This document shows, piece by piece, positions 9,129 through 19,089 of a stretch of 52,266 nucleotides of DNA; position 1 is the first letter of the stretch, and every line of letters starts with the position of its first letter. This DNA comes from Candidatus Nitrosocosmicus sp. (GTDB lineage Archaea > Thermoproteota > Nitrososphaeria > Nitrososphaerales > Nitrososphaeraceae): contig DATELO010000191.1 in assembly GCA_035276505.1 (NCBI GenBank), forward strand, positions 1 to 52,266, read 5' to 3'. Position numbers and translations under genes: made by a program. The notes beneath the pieces were generated by a model. That model did not search any database. It saw only the letters and a list, made by a program, of their open reading frames with translations, and was not told the origin of the DNA.

Positions 9129-11318
9129 GTGACCATACTTGAAAAAAACGAATACAAATATCTTGTGGAGAAGCTAGGACGACAGCCGAATGAACTGGAA
9201 CAAAATATAATTGGGGCAGAGTGGTCTGAACATTGCTCTTACAAGTCGTCAAAAAAATATATTAGATCATTACCTACAAAAGGTAATAATGTAGTGATTG
9301 GTCCAGGATATGATGCCGGAGTGATAGATGTAGGAGATGGATATGTAGTTACTGTTCATATAGAAAGTCACAACCACCCATCTGCAGTAGAACCATTTGG
9401 GGGAGCAGCCACGGGTGTAGGAGGAGTTCTTCGGGATATTATTTCAATGGGTTCTCGCCCCATTGCGTTATTTAACGCATTGAGGTTTGGAAGCATAGAT
9501 GATAAATCCAGATTTAAGAAAAAGAATCTATGGCTATTAAAGAACGTAGTAAAAGGAATTGCTGAATATGGAAATTGTATGGGGATCCCAACTGTAGGAG
9601 GTGAGATTGAATTTGATGACTCATTTGATAACTATTGCTTGGTTGATGTCGCGTCTATTGGTTATGCCAAACAAAATGACCTCGTTCTAAACAAGTCCTC
9701 ACCAGGGGATTGGATCATATTGGGTGGAAATTCCACAGGGATTGATGGAATTCATGGAGCTTCCTTTGCTTCTAAGAATCTTGAGGAGGAGAATAGATCT
9801 GCAGTACAAATCCCAGATCCATTTTTAGAAAAAACTTTATTAGAAGCTACAATGGAAGCACTGGAAAATAATTGTATTAGTTCGATGAAGGATTTGGGTG
9901 GAGGTGGTCTGTCATGTTGTTTGTCAGAAACAGCAGATAATCTCATGAAAGGGTTTCAAGTTGAATTGTCAAATGTACCTTTAAAACAAAATGATATGAC
10001 CGATACGCAAATTATGATATCTGAATCTCAGGAACGTATGCTGTATATTGTCAGTGAAGAGAATAAGTCAAGATTTTCTAAGATCTTTGAAAAACACAAT
10101 GTAAATTTTGCAGTAATAGGGCAAGTAACTAAGGGCGGAGATTTATCAATTTCTAGTGCTGGAAAGGTTGTTGCACAAATGCCTGCTAGTTTAGTGGCTA
10201 ATGCTCCACTTTTGGATAGATCATCGAAAGAACCAAGATATCTGAAGAAATTGCGTGCACAATTCAAGGAGCCTGAGGTACAAAACAACTTGCTAGATTT
10301 CATATTTGAAATGCTATCCAATCCATCCGTATGTAGTAAAAAATGGGTGTATCAACAATTTGATCACGAGGTTGGAGTGAGAACTGTTGCGAAACCAGGA
10401 GCTGCTGATAGCTCAGTAGTTAAATTGTCTGAAAATAAATATTTAGCATTTACCTTAGACGGTAATTCTAAACAATGTTATTTGGATCCTTATCACGGGA
10501 CATTAGGTTGTATGGTTGAAGCTTTGCGAAATATAACATGTGTTGGAGCAAAACCTTTGGGAGTTGTGGATCATTTGCAATTTGGAAATCCAGAGAATGA
10601 GGAAATCTTCTGGACATTTGTGCAAACCATAAGCGCTATTCGAGACTTTTGTACATTTATGGGTATACCTGTGGTTGGAGGTAAGGTGAGTTTGTATAAT
10701 GAAACTATTACTGGTTCAATTAAACCATCACCTGTATTTGGAATGCTGGGTATCATCAATTCAAAGGAAAAATTGAGATATCCGAATTATGATGCTGAGG
10801 AGTCTATTTTCATCTTAGGGAACACCAAAGATGAGATGGGTGGGTCGGAATATTTTGAACACTGTTTACATATAATTGGTGGACAGGCACCAAAAGTCAA
10901 TTTAGAAGAAGCAAAAAAAACTATTGAAGCAGTCTATGAGTTGCAGGAAGATAACGTGATTGAATCTATTCATGATTGTTCTAAAGGTGGATTGATAGTG
11001 ACCTTGCTTGAAATGGCAATTCAGTCTAATCTTGGGTTTAGTGTACAGGCTGGTTTGATTCCTAATTCATGTTCTCGACTTGATTATTTGATATTTTCGG
11101 AGAGTCACAATCGATTCGTTTTTACGACAAAAAATGCGGAAAGAGTAAATGAACTTTTATTAAACTCTAAGGTGTCATTTTCGAAAATTGGATCGACTAC
11201 AAGATCAAAACGGTGTATCCTTAAAGACCAGAAAAAAATTATTTTCAATTCGCATTTGGATGAATTCTTGGAAATCTATGAATCAAGCTTGCAAAATAAT
11301 TTTAATCATAAAACATAA
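9129..11318 (+). CDS. purL: FGAM synthase subunit PurL
   Basis: WSEHCSYKSS, ESHNHPS..EPF.GAATGVGG..RD, DLGGGG, SESQERM, QFDHEV, GG.VSLYNE. Confidence 0.97.
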   Translation: MTILEKNEYKYLVEKLGRQPNELEQNIIGAEWSEHCSYKSSKKYIRSLPTKGNNVVIGPGYDAGVIDVGDGYVVTVHIESHNHPSAVEPFGGAATGVGGVLRDIISMGSRPIALFNALRFGSIDDKSRFKKKNLWLLKNVVKGIAEYGNCMGIPTVGGEIEFDDSFDNYCLVDVASIGYAKQNDLVLNKSSPGDWIILGGNSTGIDGIHGASFASKNLEEENRSAVQIPDPFLEKTLLEATMEALENNCISSMKDLGGGGLSCCLSETADNLMKGFQVELSNVPLKQNDMTDTQIMISESQERMLYIVSEENKSRFSKIFEKHNVNFAVIGQVTKGGDLSISSAGKVVAQMPASLVANAPLLDRSSKEPRYLKKLRAQFKEPEVQNNLLDFIFEMLSNPSVCSKKWVYQQFDHEVGVRTVAKPGAADSSVVKLSENKYLAFTLDGNSKQCYLDPYHGTLGCMVEALRNITCVGAKPLGVVDHLQFGNPENEEIFWTFVQTISAIRDFCTFMGIPVVGGKVSLYNETITGSIKPSPVFGMLGIINSKEKLRYPNYDAEESIFILGNTKDEMGGSEYFEHCLHIIGGQAPKVNLEEAKKTIEAVYELQEDNVIESIHDCSKGGLIVTLLEMAIQSNLGFSVQAGLIPNSCSRLDYLIFSESHNRFVFTTKNAERVNELLLNSKVSFSKIGSTTRSKRCILKDQKKIIFNSHLDEFLEIYESSLQNNFNHKT

Positions 11319-11396
11319 TATCTATACAAAGTTCTGTCATGATTATACTGTAAAATGAAATCTTAAAAAGAAAGATAAACGAAGTATAATTTTCTC

Positions 11397-12845
11397 ATGG
11401 TTCATGAAAATTGTGGAGTGGTGGGCATTTACTCCCTCGATGGCTCAAACGTTATCCCATATTTGATTGACTGTTTAAGATCTCTACAACACAGAGGTCA
11501 GGAATCTTGGGGCCTAGCTGTGCCGAGGAAGCAGCCTTACAAGAAAACAGGTTTGGTTGCAAGATCTGCGCATGAATTTGAAAAAGTTAAGACGAAATAC
11601 ACTTCGAATATTGCAATCGGACATGTGAGATATTCAACATTTGGTTCTAGTTCTCTCGAAAACGCTCAACCGCTTAAAGTTAGGGATCTTTGTATAGCTC
11701 ATAATGGTACCATTTCTAACGCTGAACAATTGTCAAACATGGTTGGAGGCTGTACATTTACACCTCAGAATATGACTGACACTTTGGTAGCTGCCCAGCG
11801 CTTGGTAAGTATCTTGAAGAAGAAAGACGATATGAAAACTGCAATGTCCATTTTAAAGAATGAAATGGTGGGTTCCTATTGTTTCACCTTTTTGACAGAC
11901 TCTAATACCATATATGCTGCGCGTGATCCAAAAGGGTTTAGGCCACTTGTATTAGGATACCACAAGGATACACATACATACGTGATCGCCTCCGAGTCTT
12001 GTGCATTTTCAGCCATTGGAGCTGTTTTGGTAAGAGATATTGAACCAGGGGAGTTAGTTCGAATTGATAAGGATGGGATAACATCAGAGAGATTCTCTGA
12101 ATTAACTAATCATGCGCACTGTGCATTTGAATTTACTTATTTTGCTCACCCAAGTTCCATTATGGAGGGCATAAACATTTATCTAGCCAGGAAAAAAATT
12201 GGAGAATATTTAGCAGAAAAATTCCCTATTTCCAATGCAGATGTGGTTATTCCTGTTCCAGATTCATCTCGGCCGGCAGCGCTCGGATATGCACTCAAGC
12301 TAGGAGTTCCTTTTGAAGAGGGTCTTCTGAAGGATAGGTATAGCAAGAAAGGCTCAATGAGAAGTTTTATAGAACCACTTACACAGGACAGGAAAGAAAT
12401 CAATCAAAATATTTTGCCTATAAAAGAAATTATTGAAAATAAACACGTCATTATTGTGGATGATAGCATAGTGAGAGGCACGAGCTCACGAGCTATAGTC
12501 GAGTCTGTAAGACATGCTGGAGCAAAAAGGATATCCATGGTCATTACATACCCGCCCATAAGCTATCCATGCTATGCAGGTATAGACTTTCCCTCTCAAG
12601 AGGAGCTTATCGCATATCAGGTAGCTAGGGACGAAAATAATCCAAATATAGTGGGTAAAAGGGTCGCCGAAGTGATTGGTGCCGATAGTGTTTTTTACAA
12701 TGATAATTTAACGTTGGCCAAGGGAATTGGAATTGCAAAGAAAGAACTCTGCTTTTCTTGTTCTACTGGTGATTATAGCCCCCTTGGTATTAGACCAAAT
12801 TTTAATTCTAGGTATCAGCTTAATGACAAGTTAATGACAAATTAA
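11397..12845 (+). CDS. purF: Amidophosphoribosyltransferase (short propeptide, Fe-S type)
   Basis: ENCGVVG N-terminal nucleophile Cys, LQHRGQES, GHVRYST, VDDSIVRGT PRPP loop, Fe-S Cys motifs (CAFE, PCYAG, CFSC). Confidence 0.97.
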   Translation: MVHENCGVVGIYSLDGSNVIPYLIDCLRSLQHRGQESWGLAVPRKQPYKKTGLVARSAHEFEKVKTKYTSNIAIGHVRYSTFGSSSLENAQPLKVRDLCIAHNGTISNAEQLSNMVGGCTFTPQNMTDTLVAAQRLVSILKKKDDMKTAMSILKNEMVGSYCFTFLTDSNTIYAARDPKGFRPLVLGYHKDTHTYVIASESCAFSAIGAVLVRDIEPGELVRIDKDGITSERFSELTNHAHCAFEFTYFAHPSSIMEGINIYLARKKIGEYLAEKFPISNADVVIPVPDSSRPAALGYALKLGVPFEEGLLKDRYSKKGSMRSFIEPLTQDRKEINQNILPIKEIIENKHVIIVDDSIVRGTSSRAIVESVRHAGAKRISMVITYPPISYPCYAGIDFPSQEELIAYQVARDENNPNIVGKRVAEVIGADSVFYNDNLTLAKGIGIAKKELCFSCSTGDYSPLGIRPNFNSRYQLNDKLMTN

Positions 12846-12878
12846 GATTTAAATTCCTATTATGATTAAAAAAGTATA

Positions 12879-13196
12879 GTGAGTCTAGAAGAGCTCCGGG
12901 ATAAGGCTTTTTTTCAAAATTCAATCGATGTATGGATTATGCTATGTGAGGAAAAAAATTGGGAATATTCAGAAACAAAAAACTACTTGAAATTTATAGA
13001 TTACTTGTTTTCAAAGGGATTAAAAATACAAAGATTTCCCCTTTGTATCAAAGAATCAGGAGGAATGTTTGAGAGAGGAAAAGACAAGACTAGCTTTTTA
13101 GAAAGACTATCAAAAATTCAGTCTGATAATGCCTCTGCTTTTACAATAAAACTTACTGAATCTGCCATTGCTACAATGAGAACATTTTCCCTGTAA
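12879..13196 (+). CDS. Hypothetical protein (105 aa)
   Basis: Co-oriented 33 nt after purF; plausible composition; no recognised motif. Confidence 0.65.
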   Translation: MSLEELRDKAFFQNSIDVWIMLCEEKNWEYSETKNYLKFIDYLFSKGLKIQRFPLCIKESGGMFERGKDKTSFLERLSKIQSDNASAFTIKLTESAIATMRTFSL

Positions 13197-13208
13197 TGTA
13201 ACTTAGGA

Positions 13209-13652
13209 TTAGAATAACTTTGTTGTCCAATAAGTTGATTTGTCTATACGCCATGCAGCGTAATCCCTTAAGATTCGTTTGTCCTCCTCAATTATGGGCA
13301 TTTTTGTTTGTTCAAATTTGTTTAACCAAATACAATTTGATCTATCGGCTACCTTTCCAAAATCCAAAATAAGACATATAAAAACTATGGTTATCACGTG
13401 TCTGGTGTTGGCTGCATCTAATTCCATTTTCGAATATATACCCAATAATGATAACGGTTCTGCTTCGATATTTGCCATTTCTAGTATTGCCCTTCTTAGA
13501 CCGAATTCAGGAGTTTCTCCGTACAATATCATTTGTTCGGGGAGTCTTAAGGTTTGAGTAGGATCGCTTTCAGTATCCTTTACAAATAGAATTTCGTTGC
13601 TGCTGTTGTTTAGGATGGCCTTGATCTTTAGGCGTTGTGTTTTACTTTCCAA
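13209..13652 (-). CDS. Nudix-fold protein with degenerate Nudix box
   Basis: AILNN..EILFVK, LP....GET.E....R...E, LLGIYS, HVITIVF match the Nudix fold; REUXEEXG replaced by RAILEMAN. Confidence 0.7.
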   Translation of the reverse strand: MESKTQRLKIKAILNNSSNEILFVKDTESDPTQTLRLPEQMILYGETPEFGLRRAILEMANIEAEPLSLLGIYSKMELDAANTRHVITIVFICLILDFGKVADRSNCIWLNKFEQTKMPIIEEDKRILRDYAAWRIDKSTYWTTKLF

Positions 13653-13675
13653 TTTATTTTCAGTTTTATTATTTG

Positions 13676-15412
13676 CTAAACACTAAAATTCGATTGTAGA
13701 TCTTTTTTGCTTACGGAATCTACCCACAAAAACTTCCTTTGAAGCGTACTTGTATACACCTTTTTCCATTCAAGATCAACATGATTCATCCAGGACCTAT
13801 ATACTCTGGGGTCGATATAATTTCGTAATGAAGTCCCTAGATTGTACTCGCTAGTATCCTTTTGCAATTTTAATTGATATTCCAATTTTTCAATCCTTTC
13901 TACTAATCTTACTCTTTGATTTTCGGTCTTCCATCTCTTGGCCTTGAGATCGGCCTTGATTGCATTTATAGTGGAAATCTTTTTTCCTATGGATTCTTCA
14001 AATTTACGATTTGCTAATATTGCGTTTGGATTTTTTGGGTCGACTCCCTTTTTGTGATTACAAGTAATCGCTGCCTGCAAGTTGGCATATTTGGCAACAT
14101 AGGCCTTTTCAAATTCTGAGGAATTTCTATTTAATTTAATTGGAGGATTGCGTAACGATTGTTTTACTACATTAGTTGCAATATACGTTCTAAACACTTT
14201 TGCTGTCAAACCTGGCACATTTTTTGGATCGATATTTCTTAGAAAAGTGTTAACCCTCATCGAATTTATGTTATCAAAAATGGGATCTGAATCCTTTTTA
14301 TTTTTCAAGAATAAGCTTAAGTTTTCATAGAGAACTAATTTGTCAGGAGAATCAATGGATATTGATTTTCTCCAGGGAACGCTATCTTTCCCAAGGAAGC
14401 TAAATTCTAAATATTTCTTTCCTTCAGAATCTATCCCAAACTTTAAGTGTTCCTTTCTAAGTGTAGTGGCACCCACTGTGTCGGCTTCGTCAGGATCTTT
14501 TTCATCCCCAACTCTCATAGCCATTTTCATAATAAGGTAACAAACGGTTGAAACTCTACGCTGGCTAAGATCTTTGGCTCCCATTCTTCGTACAATTTCT
14601 CTTTCAATTTTTTCTATAAATTTTTCTAGATTCAAGGCTTTATCATATTTGGCCCTATCGTAATTCTGACGAATCAAAGACGAATCATGAAGCCATACAT
14701 ATTTTCTTTTTCCAGTTAGAGTTTCAATCCATGAAGCAAGCCATGTTGACGTATGGTCGTGAATGATTCGCTGCCATGGCCCTTCGGGAACATTTGCATC
14801 CTCTCCTAAATTTAGAATTACTTCTTGGGGTTTTACTCTAGGCTTCCACCTCCCCCTTAAGGGGTGTTGACCTCTCCCCATAAAAAGACCAGGGGGTTCA
14901 ACAAGCCAATTGGCTACGTCTACTTCTATTCCATCTACTATCGCCTTACCATAAAAATTCTTTAATTTCTCCTTCTCGGTTTTCTTCTCTAGTGCAATCC
15001 GTTTCTTATTCTCTTTAGGCAGCTCTTTCCATGCCTGCTTTTCTCTTTCCTTTATCCTTTTTTCTGTGTCTACAGCTTTGTAAAATTCCTCAAAATCTAA
15101 CTCTTCAATTTTGGTCAGGATTTGTTGAATATTCCTAGGAAGAAGTTTCTTAAAATCCAGCAAAAAATTTTTCTGAAATATTCCGTCTTTAATATAATGT
15201 GTATCTTTTTTCTTGGCCCATGCATAAACAAGCTCCTCTTGTTCTCGATTCAGAAGGAATTTTTCACCCTTTATTTTGAACTCTAAGCCTTTGAAATCAT
15301 ATTCTGGTGGAAAACAAACGCCATTGTGATAAAGAGTACTCCATTTTCTAATCTTAGTATTATTCCTTACCTGATTGACTTTGTCATCTGAAGAAATCGA
15401 AATGGAAGACAA
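13676..15412 (-). CDS. top1: DNA topoisomerase IB (eukaryote-like, thaumarchaeal type)
   Basis: KW.TL.HNG..FP, EPPGLF.GRG.HP, MRVG.EK, FLGKDS, AKVFRTY, CNH, GTS..NYIDPR (catalytic R-K-R-H-Y present). Confidence 0.96.
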   Translation of the reverse strand: MSSISISSDDKVNQVRNNTKIRKWSTLYHNGVCFPPEYDFKGLEFKIKGEKFLLNREQEELVYAWAKKKDTHYIKDGIFQKNFLLDFKKLLPRNIQQILTKIEELDFEEFYKAVDTEKRIKEREKQAWKELPKENKKRIALEKKTEKEKLKNFYGKAIVDGIEVDVANWLVEPPGLFMGRGQHPLRGRWKPRVKPQEVILNLGEDANVPEGPWQRIIHDHTSTWLASWIETLTGKRKYVWLHDSSLIRQNYDRAKYDKALNLEKFIEKIEREIVRRMGAKDLSQRRVSTVCYLIMKMAMRVGDEKDPDEADTVGATTLRKEHLKFGIDSEGKKYLEFSFLGKDSVPWRKSISIDSPDKLVLYENLSLFLKNKKDSDPIFDNINSMRVNTFLRNIDPKNVPGLTAKVFRTYIATNVVKQSLRNPPIKLNRNSSEFEKAYVAKYANLQAAITCNHKKGVDPKNPNAILANRKFEESIGKKISTINAIKADLKAKRWKTENQRVRLVERIEKLEYQLKLQKDTSEYNLGTSLRNYIDPRVYRSWMNHVDLEWKKVYTSTLQRKFLWVDSVSKKDLQSNFSV

Positions 15413-15524
15413 ATTATATAATTTAGACGATAAATAGAATATAAAAATATTATTGACTGGTTTTAATATAATACGTTTAACATATCCTCAATATCTATTT
15501 TTGATTGTCAATGATCATCTGGAT

Positions 15525-16361
15525 TCATCGATACTTTGTAAGTATTCCGGCCTTGTCTCTATAAGATACTCCAAATTCAGATAAATTAGAAATTTCTACG
15601 CCGTCAAAAACAGTCCCATCTACACATACGAGCTTATCGTTTATACTACAACTCGAGCAAATCCCTATTCCACATTTCATGTATCGCTCAATACTTGCCT
15701 CGATCGGAATTTTTTTGGCCGAAGCTAAATCAAAAGTTTTTTTCATCATCAATTCTGGACCGCAGGTATAAATGAAATCGATTGGGTAATTGTTCCTTAT
15801 AAGCTCCCTTAATACGTCTGTAGGATATCCTTTTGAACCCATAGTTCCATCTTCAGTTGAAATAAGCAAATTGTGAGTTTGATCTCTTAATATATTAGTA
15901 ACAAGATCAATAAAAAACAATTCGCTCTTTGTTCTTGCCCCGACAATTACAGTAATCATTAGATCTAGTTCATGCATCTTGTGGAGTAATCTCACTAGAG
16001 GAACCAAACCTGTTCCCCCTCCCAAAAGAAGTACGTTCTTTTTTGTTTTTTGGATCGAAAATGAATTTCCATAGGGTCCACGAATACCGATCTTATCTCC
16101 TAATTTCTTGTCATACAAGGATGTAGATGCAAGACCATTTTTTCTTATAGTTATAGCGGCGTGATCTGATAAATTAGAAATCATTACGCTGAGTGGAATT
16201 TCTTCTTTCCTTGGGATCCAAACCATTAAAAATTGACCTGGTTGTGCTTCACTTGAAAGTGTATCTTTAAATATGAATGTTTTAACGGTAGCAGTTTCAA
16301 TGATGACGTCACTTATGTTCACAATTCTAGTTAAATTCTTATCGATGTGCAATCCCAACAA
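15525..16361 (-). CDS. pyrK: Dihydroorotate dehydrogenase electron-transfer subunit
   Basis: PGQFLMVW, RGPYGN, GGGTG, CGPE.M, ERYMKCGIGICSSC...C.DG 2Fe-2S motif. Confidence 0.95.
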   Translation of the reverse strand: MLGLHIDKNLTRIVNISDVIIETATVKTFIFKDTLSSEAQPGQFLMVWIPRKEEIPLSVMISNLSDHAAITIRKNGLASTSLYDKKLGDKIGIRGPYGNSFSIQKTKKNVLLLGGGTGLVPLVRLLHKMHELDLMITVIVGARTKSELFFIDLVTNILRDQTHNLLISTEDGTMGSKGYPTDVLRELIRNNYPIDFIYTCGPELMMKKTFDLASAKKIPIEASIERYMKCGIGICSSCSINDKLVCVDGTVFDGVEISNLSEFGVSYRDKAGILTKYR

Positions 16362-17244
16362 TTTCCCCCACTCTTTTATATCCTTCTGATTCCAAATAAT
16401 ATCGCAGATCAGTAATTAATTTACCTATGGATTCCATGCCGTTATGGGCAATAAAGCTTCCAACTTGTACCGCAGAAGCTCCTGCCATGATATACTCGAG
16501 CATATCAGAGATCGTAAAAATACCACCGCAGCCTATTATTGGTATTTTTATGACCCTGTAAAGTTCATACACACATCTTACTCCAATAGGTCTTATGGCC
16601 GCACCAGAAAGACCACCTATATTATTCTCCAAAATGGGGCACTTGTTATCGATATCAATTTTCATAGCTCGCAATGTATTTATAGCCGTTATCCCATCGG
16701 CGCCTGCATCCTCTGCGATCTTAGCAATTTGTAAAATATCTGATTTACCTAAACCAACTTTAACTATCAATGGCTTCTTGGATTGATCCTTAATGGACTC
16801 AATAATCTCTCGAACTAGTTTCGGGTCATCACCTATCTCCATGCCCATCCTATCAACATGTGGACACGATAAATTAAGTTCAAAACCAAGTATTTTCGAA
16901 TTTTGAAATTTTTGAACAATGGTCCGAAATTCTTCTGTGGAAGACCCAACAATACTCACAAACAGCGGAATTTTGTTATTTAAAATCTCCTGTGAAAAAG
17001 CATCTGCACCAGGATTTGCTAACCCAACAGCATTTAACCAATTCTGGTTATCTAATGGAACAACAGTAGGGTTTCTATAACCTATACGAGGTAAAATGCT
17101 AATTGATTTACTCACTATGGCTCCGACCCCATTTTTACTCAGCCTATCGAAAATATTCTGGGATAGCCCTAGAATTCCTGAAGCAATTATTACTGGATTT
17201 TTTAAATCGAGGCCAGCAAAATTAATAGGTATATTATAATCCAA
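16339..17244 (-). CDS. pyrD: Dihydroorotate dehydrogenase (class 1B catalytic subunit)
   Basis: NP.IIASG, NAVGLANPG, ELNLSCPH, INT, GGLSG..IRP, GASAVQVG. Confidence 0.96.
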   Translation of the reverse strand: MDYNIPINFAGLDLKNPVIIASGILGLSQNIFDRLSKNGVGAIVSKSISILPRIGYRNPTVVPLDNQNWLNAVGLANPGADAFSQEILNNKIPLFVSIVGSSTEEFRTIVQKFQNSKILGFELNLSCPHVDRMGMEIGDDPKLVREIIESIKDQSKKPLIVKVGLGKSDILQIAKIAEDAGADGITAINTLRAMKIDIDNKCPILENNIGGLSGAAIRPIGVRCVYELYRVIKIPIIGCGGIFTISDMLEYIMAGASAVQVGSFIAHNGMESIGKLITDLRYYLESEGYKRVGEIVGIAHR

Positions 17245-17812
17245 TTCTTTTTAATCAAAATTTTACATTGCGTTTATTAAAAGCTTCTTGTAAGAAATTT
17301 TTCAGGAATCACAGTATAGGAATTATCGAAATATGAATTGTGAAAAAAATTAATCAGAAATTCGCTAGCGAACTTCTCGATCTAACCGTCGTAGAATAAC
17401 TAAATTGAAGTTTTAGTAAATCTTTTACACATGTCAGCAGCCAAATATAATCACGTATTTAGGAGACGCTTAAAATAAGTATTTGTGAAAAAATATCTAA
17501 GGGGTAAATATTATTTAATATAAATATTAAAAATTAATAGTTTTGAGATTAGGAAGTAGTAGCTTAGAATCTGCCTCGCAACAAATGAACAAATACTGCT
17601 CAGTATCAAGTGGTTTGAGCATTCAATTTTTGACTTTTATTATTGCTAATTATTAATTGAATTAAATATACCGTAGTCTGTCAACATGGAAATGTAATTA
17701 TCTAGACCATATCTTGAGTAGCCTTTAAAAATTGAACACTTATTGAATGTAGGTTAGATTATATTATACGTATATTTTACTTGATTTGCTTATAGATATC
17801 AGAGCTGGGCTT

Positions 17813-17887
17813 GCCGGGGTAGCTCAGCCTGGTCAGAGCGTTCGACTCATAATCGAAAGGTCGCGGGCTCAAATCCCGCCTCCGGCA
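17813..17887 (+). tRNA. tRNA-Met(CAT), elongator type
   Basis: Acceptor GCCGGGG/CTCCGGC + A73, anticodon arm TTCGA-CTCATAA-TCGAA; G1-C72 and no three consecutive G-C pairs in the anticodon stem argue against the initiator; intronless. Confidence 0.9.
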
Positions 17888-17888
17888 C

Positions 17889-17896
17889 TTTTTTTT
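17889..17896 (+). terminator. Oligo-T terminator after tRNA-Met
   Basis: T8 run immediately 3' of the tRNA. Confidence 0.55.
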
Positions 17897-18172
17897 GATT
17901 TCTAAAATAAAAATGTAAAACTTATACAAAATATTACAATATTTATCAATAATGTAGTAATTCCGCAATACTTAAATTAGTCAAAATAGGACAGAGGATT
18001 GTTTGCAAAAATCAAGAAGGATAAAAAAAATTAATCGTAGTAATTTACAAACTCTAGTTCAGATTTCGACATCTCGAAAGTGACTTGTGGTAATTGTTGG
18101 GCCACGTTTTTTTTGATATTTAGTTTGAGATATGCTGCAATGTAGATTCGGCTAAGACTATGATTAGAAAAT

Positions 18173-18898
18173 TTATGTCTGATGGTTTAACAAACCCCGT
18201 AAATGATTCCAAAAGTCATCTGTGTTCGATTCGTTATTCCATTTTTCGAAATTGACCACTTCACACAAAGGCATCCGCTCGAGCCATTTCACTGACTCCA
18301 AATCAGGTTTATTTTCAAATTCTTTTACATATCCGAGACACAAATAGGCAATGGGTTGTACATTTGAGGGCAGATCAAGTATTTTAGAAAGATCTTTGTT
18401 ATCGATAATACTTACCCATCCTACCCCAATGTTTTCAACACGGGCTGCCAGCCACAAATTTTGAATTGCACAACAAACGCTGTAGATACCTGCTTCTTTA
18501 ATGGTCATTCTACCTATAATGAAAGGGCCGAACCTGTGATGGTCGTAGGTAATACATATGTTCAGATCGGATTCTAAAATACCTTCCAATTTCAGGTTCA
18601 AGTATTTATCTTTCCTCTTGTCCGTATTAGGAATAAGATCTATTGACTTCAATCTTTCCTTTAAAAATGATTTCCTAATTAAATTTCGGGTATTCTTATT
18701 TCTAATCAGTATGAAATTCCACGGTTGGGAATATCCTACTGATGGAGCATGATGAGCGGCTAAAAGTATCCTGTATAGGATTTTATCAGATATCGTCTTA
18801 GAAACAAAATTTTTTCTTACATCTCTTCTTGAAAATATGACTCTATAAAACGATTCTTTCTCAGCTTCGGTAAAACTACCAATTTTGCCTTCTTTCAA
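18173..18898 (-). CDS. bluB: 5,6-dimethylbenzimidazole synthase
   Basis: RRDVR, AAH.APSVG.SQPW.F, LKLEGI.E, YS..CAIQNLWLAAR.E..GVGWVS, AYLCLGY. Confidence 0.92.
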   Translation of the reverse strand: MKEGKIGSFTEAEKESFYRVIFSRRDVRKNFVSKTISDKILYRILLAAHHAPSVGYSQPWNFILIRNKNTRNLIRKSFLKERLKSIDLIPNTDKRKDKYLNLKLEGILESDLNICITYDHHRFGPFIIGRMTIKEAGIYSVCCAIQNLWLAARVENIGVGWVSIIDNKDLSKILDLPSNVQPIAYLCLGYVKEFENKPDLESVKWLERMPLCEVVNFEKWNNESNTDDFWNHLRGLLNHQT

Positions 18899-19089
18899 TG
18901 ATCAAAGTTGTAATAGCGAGATACAATATAGATTTATAGTTCAACACTTTTTATCATTACTAGTCCCATTTTTTTACCCACATTTATGTTTGAGTTCAAA
19001 AAATGCATAATTATTTTGATACTTGCCCAGCTACAAACCAACAATTGCCTTTTTGCTACAGATCCAACAAGTATTAAGGAAGGAAGTGA

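Noticed and set aside
17777-17968. 63-aa ORF on the - strand
   Set aside because: It is the antisense reading of tRNA-Met (RRRDLSPRPFDYESNALTRLSY is a typical tRNA shadow)
18899-19089. Cobalamin riboswitch upstream of bluB
   Set aside because: AT-rich, no B12-box or GGGAA/GCCACTG elements
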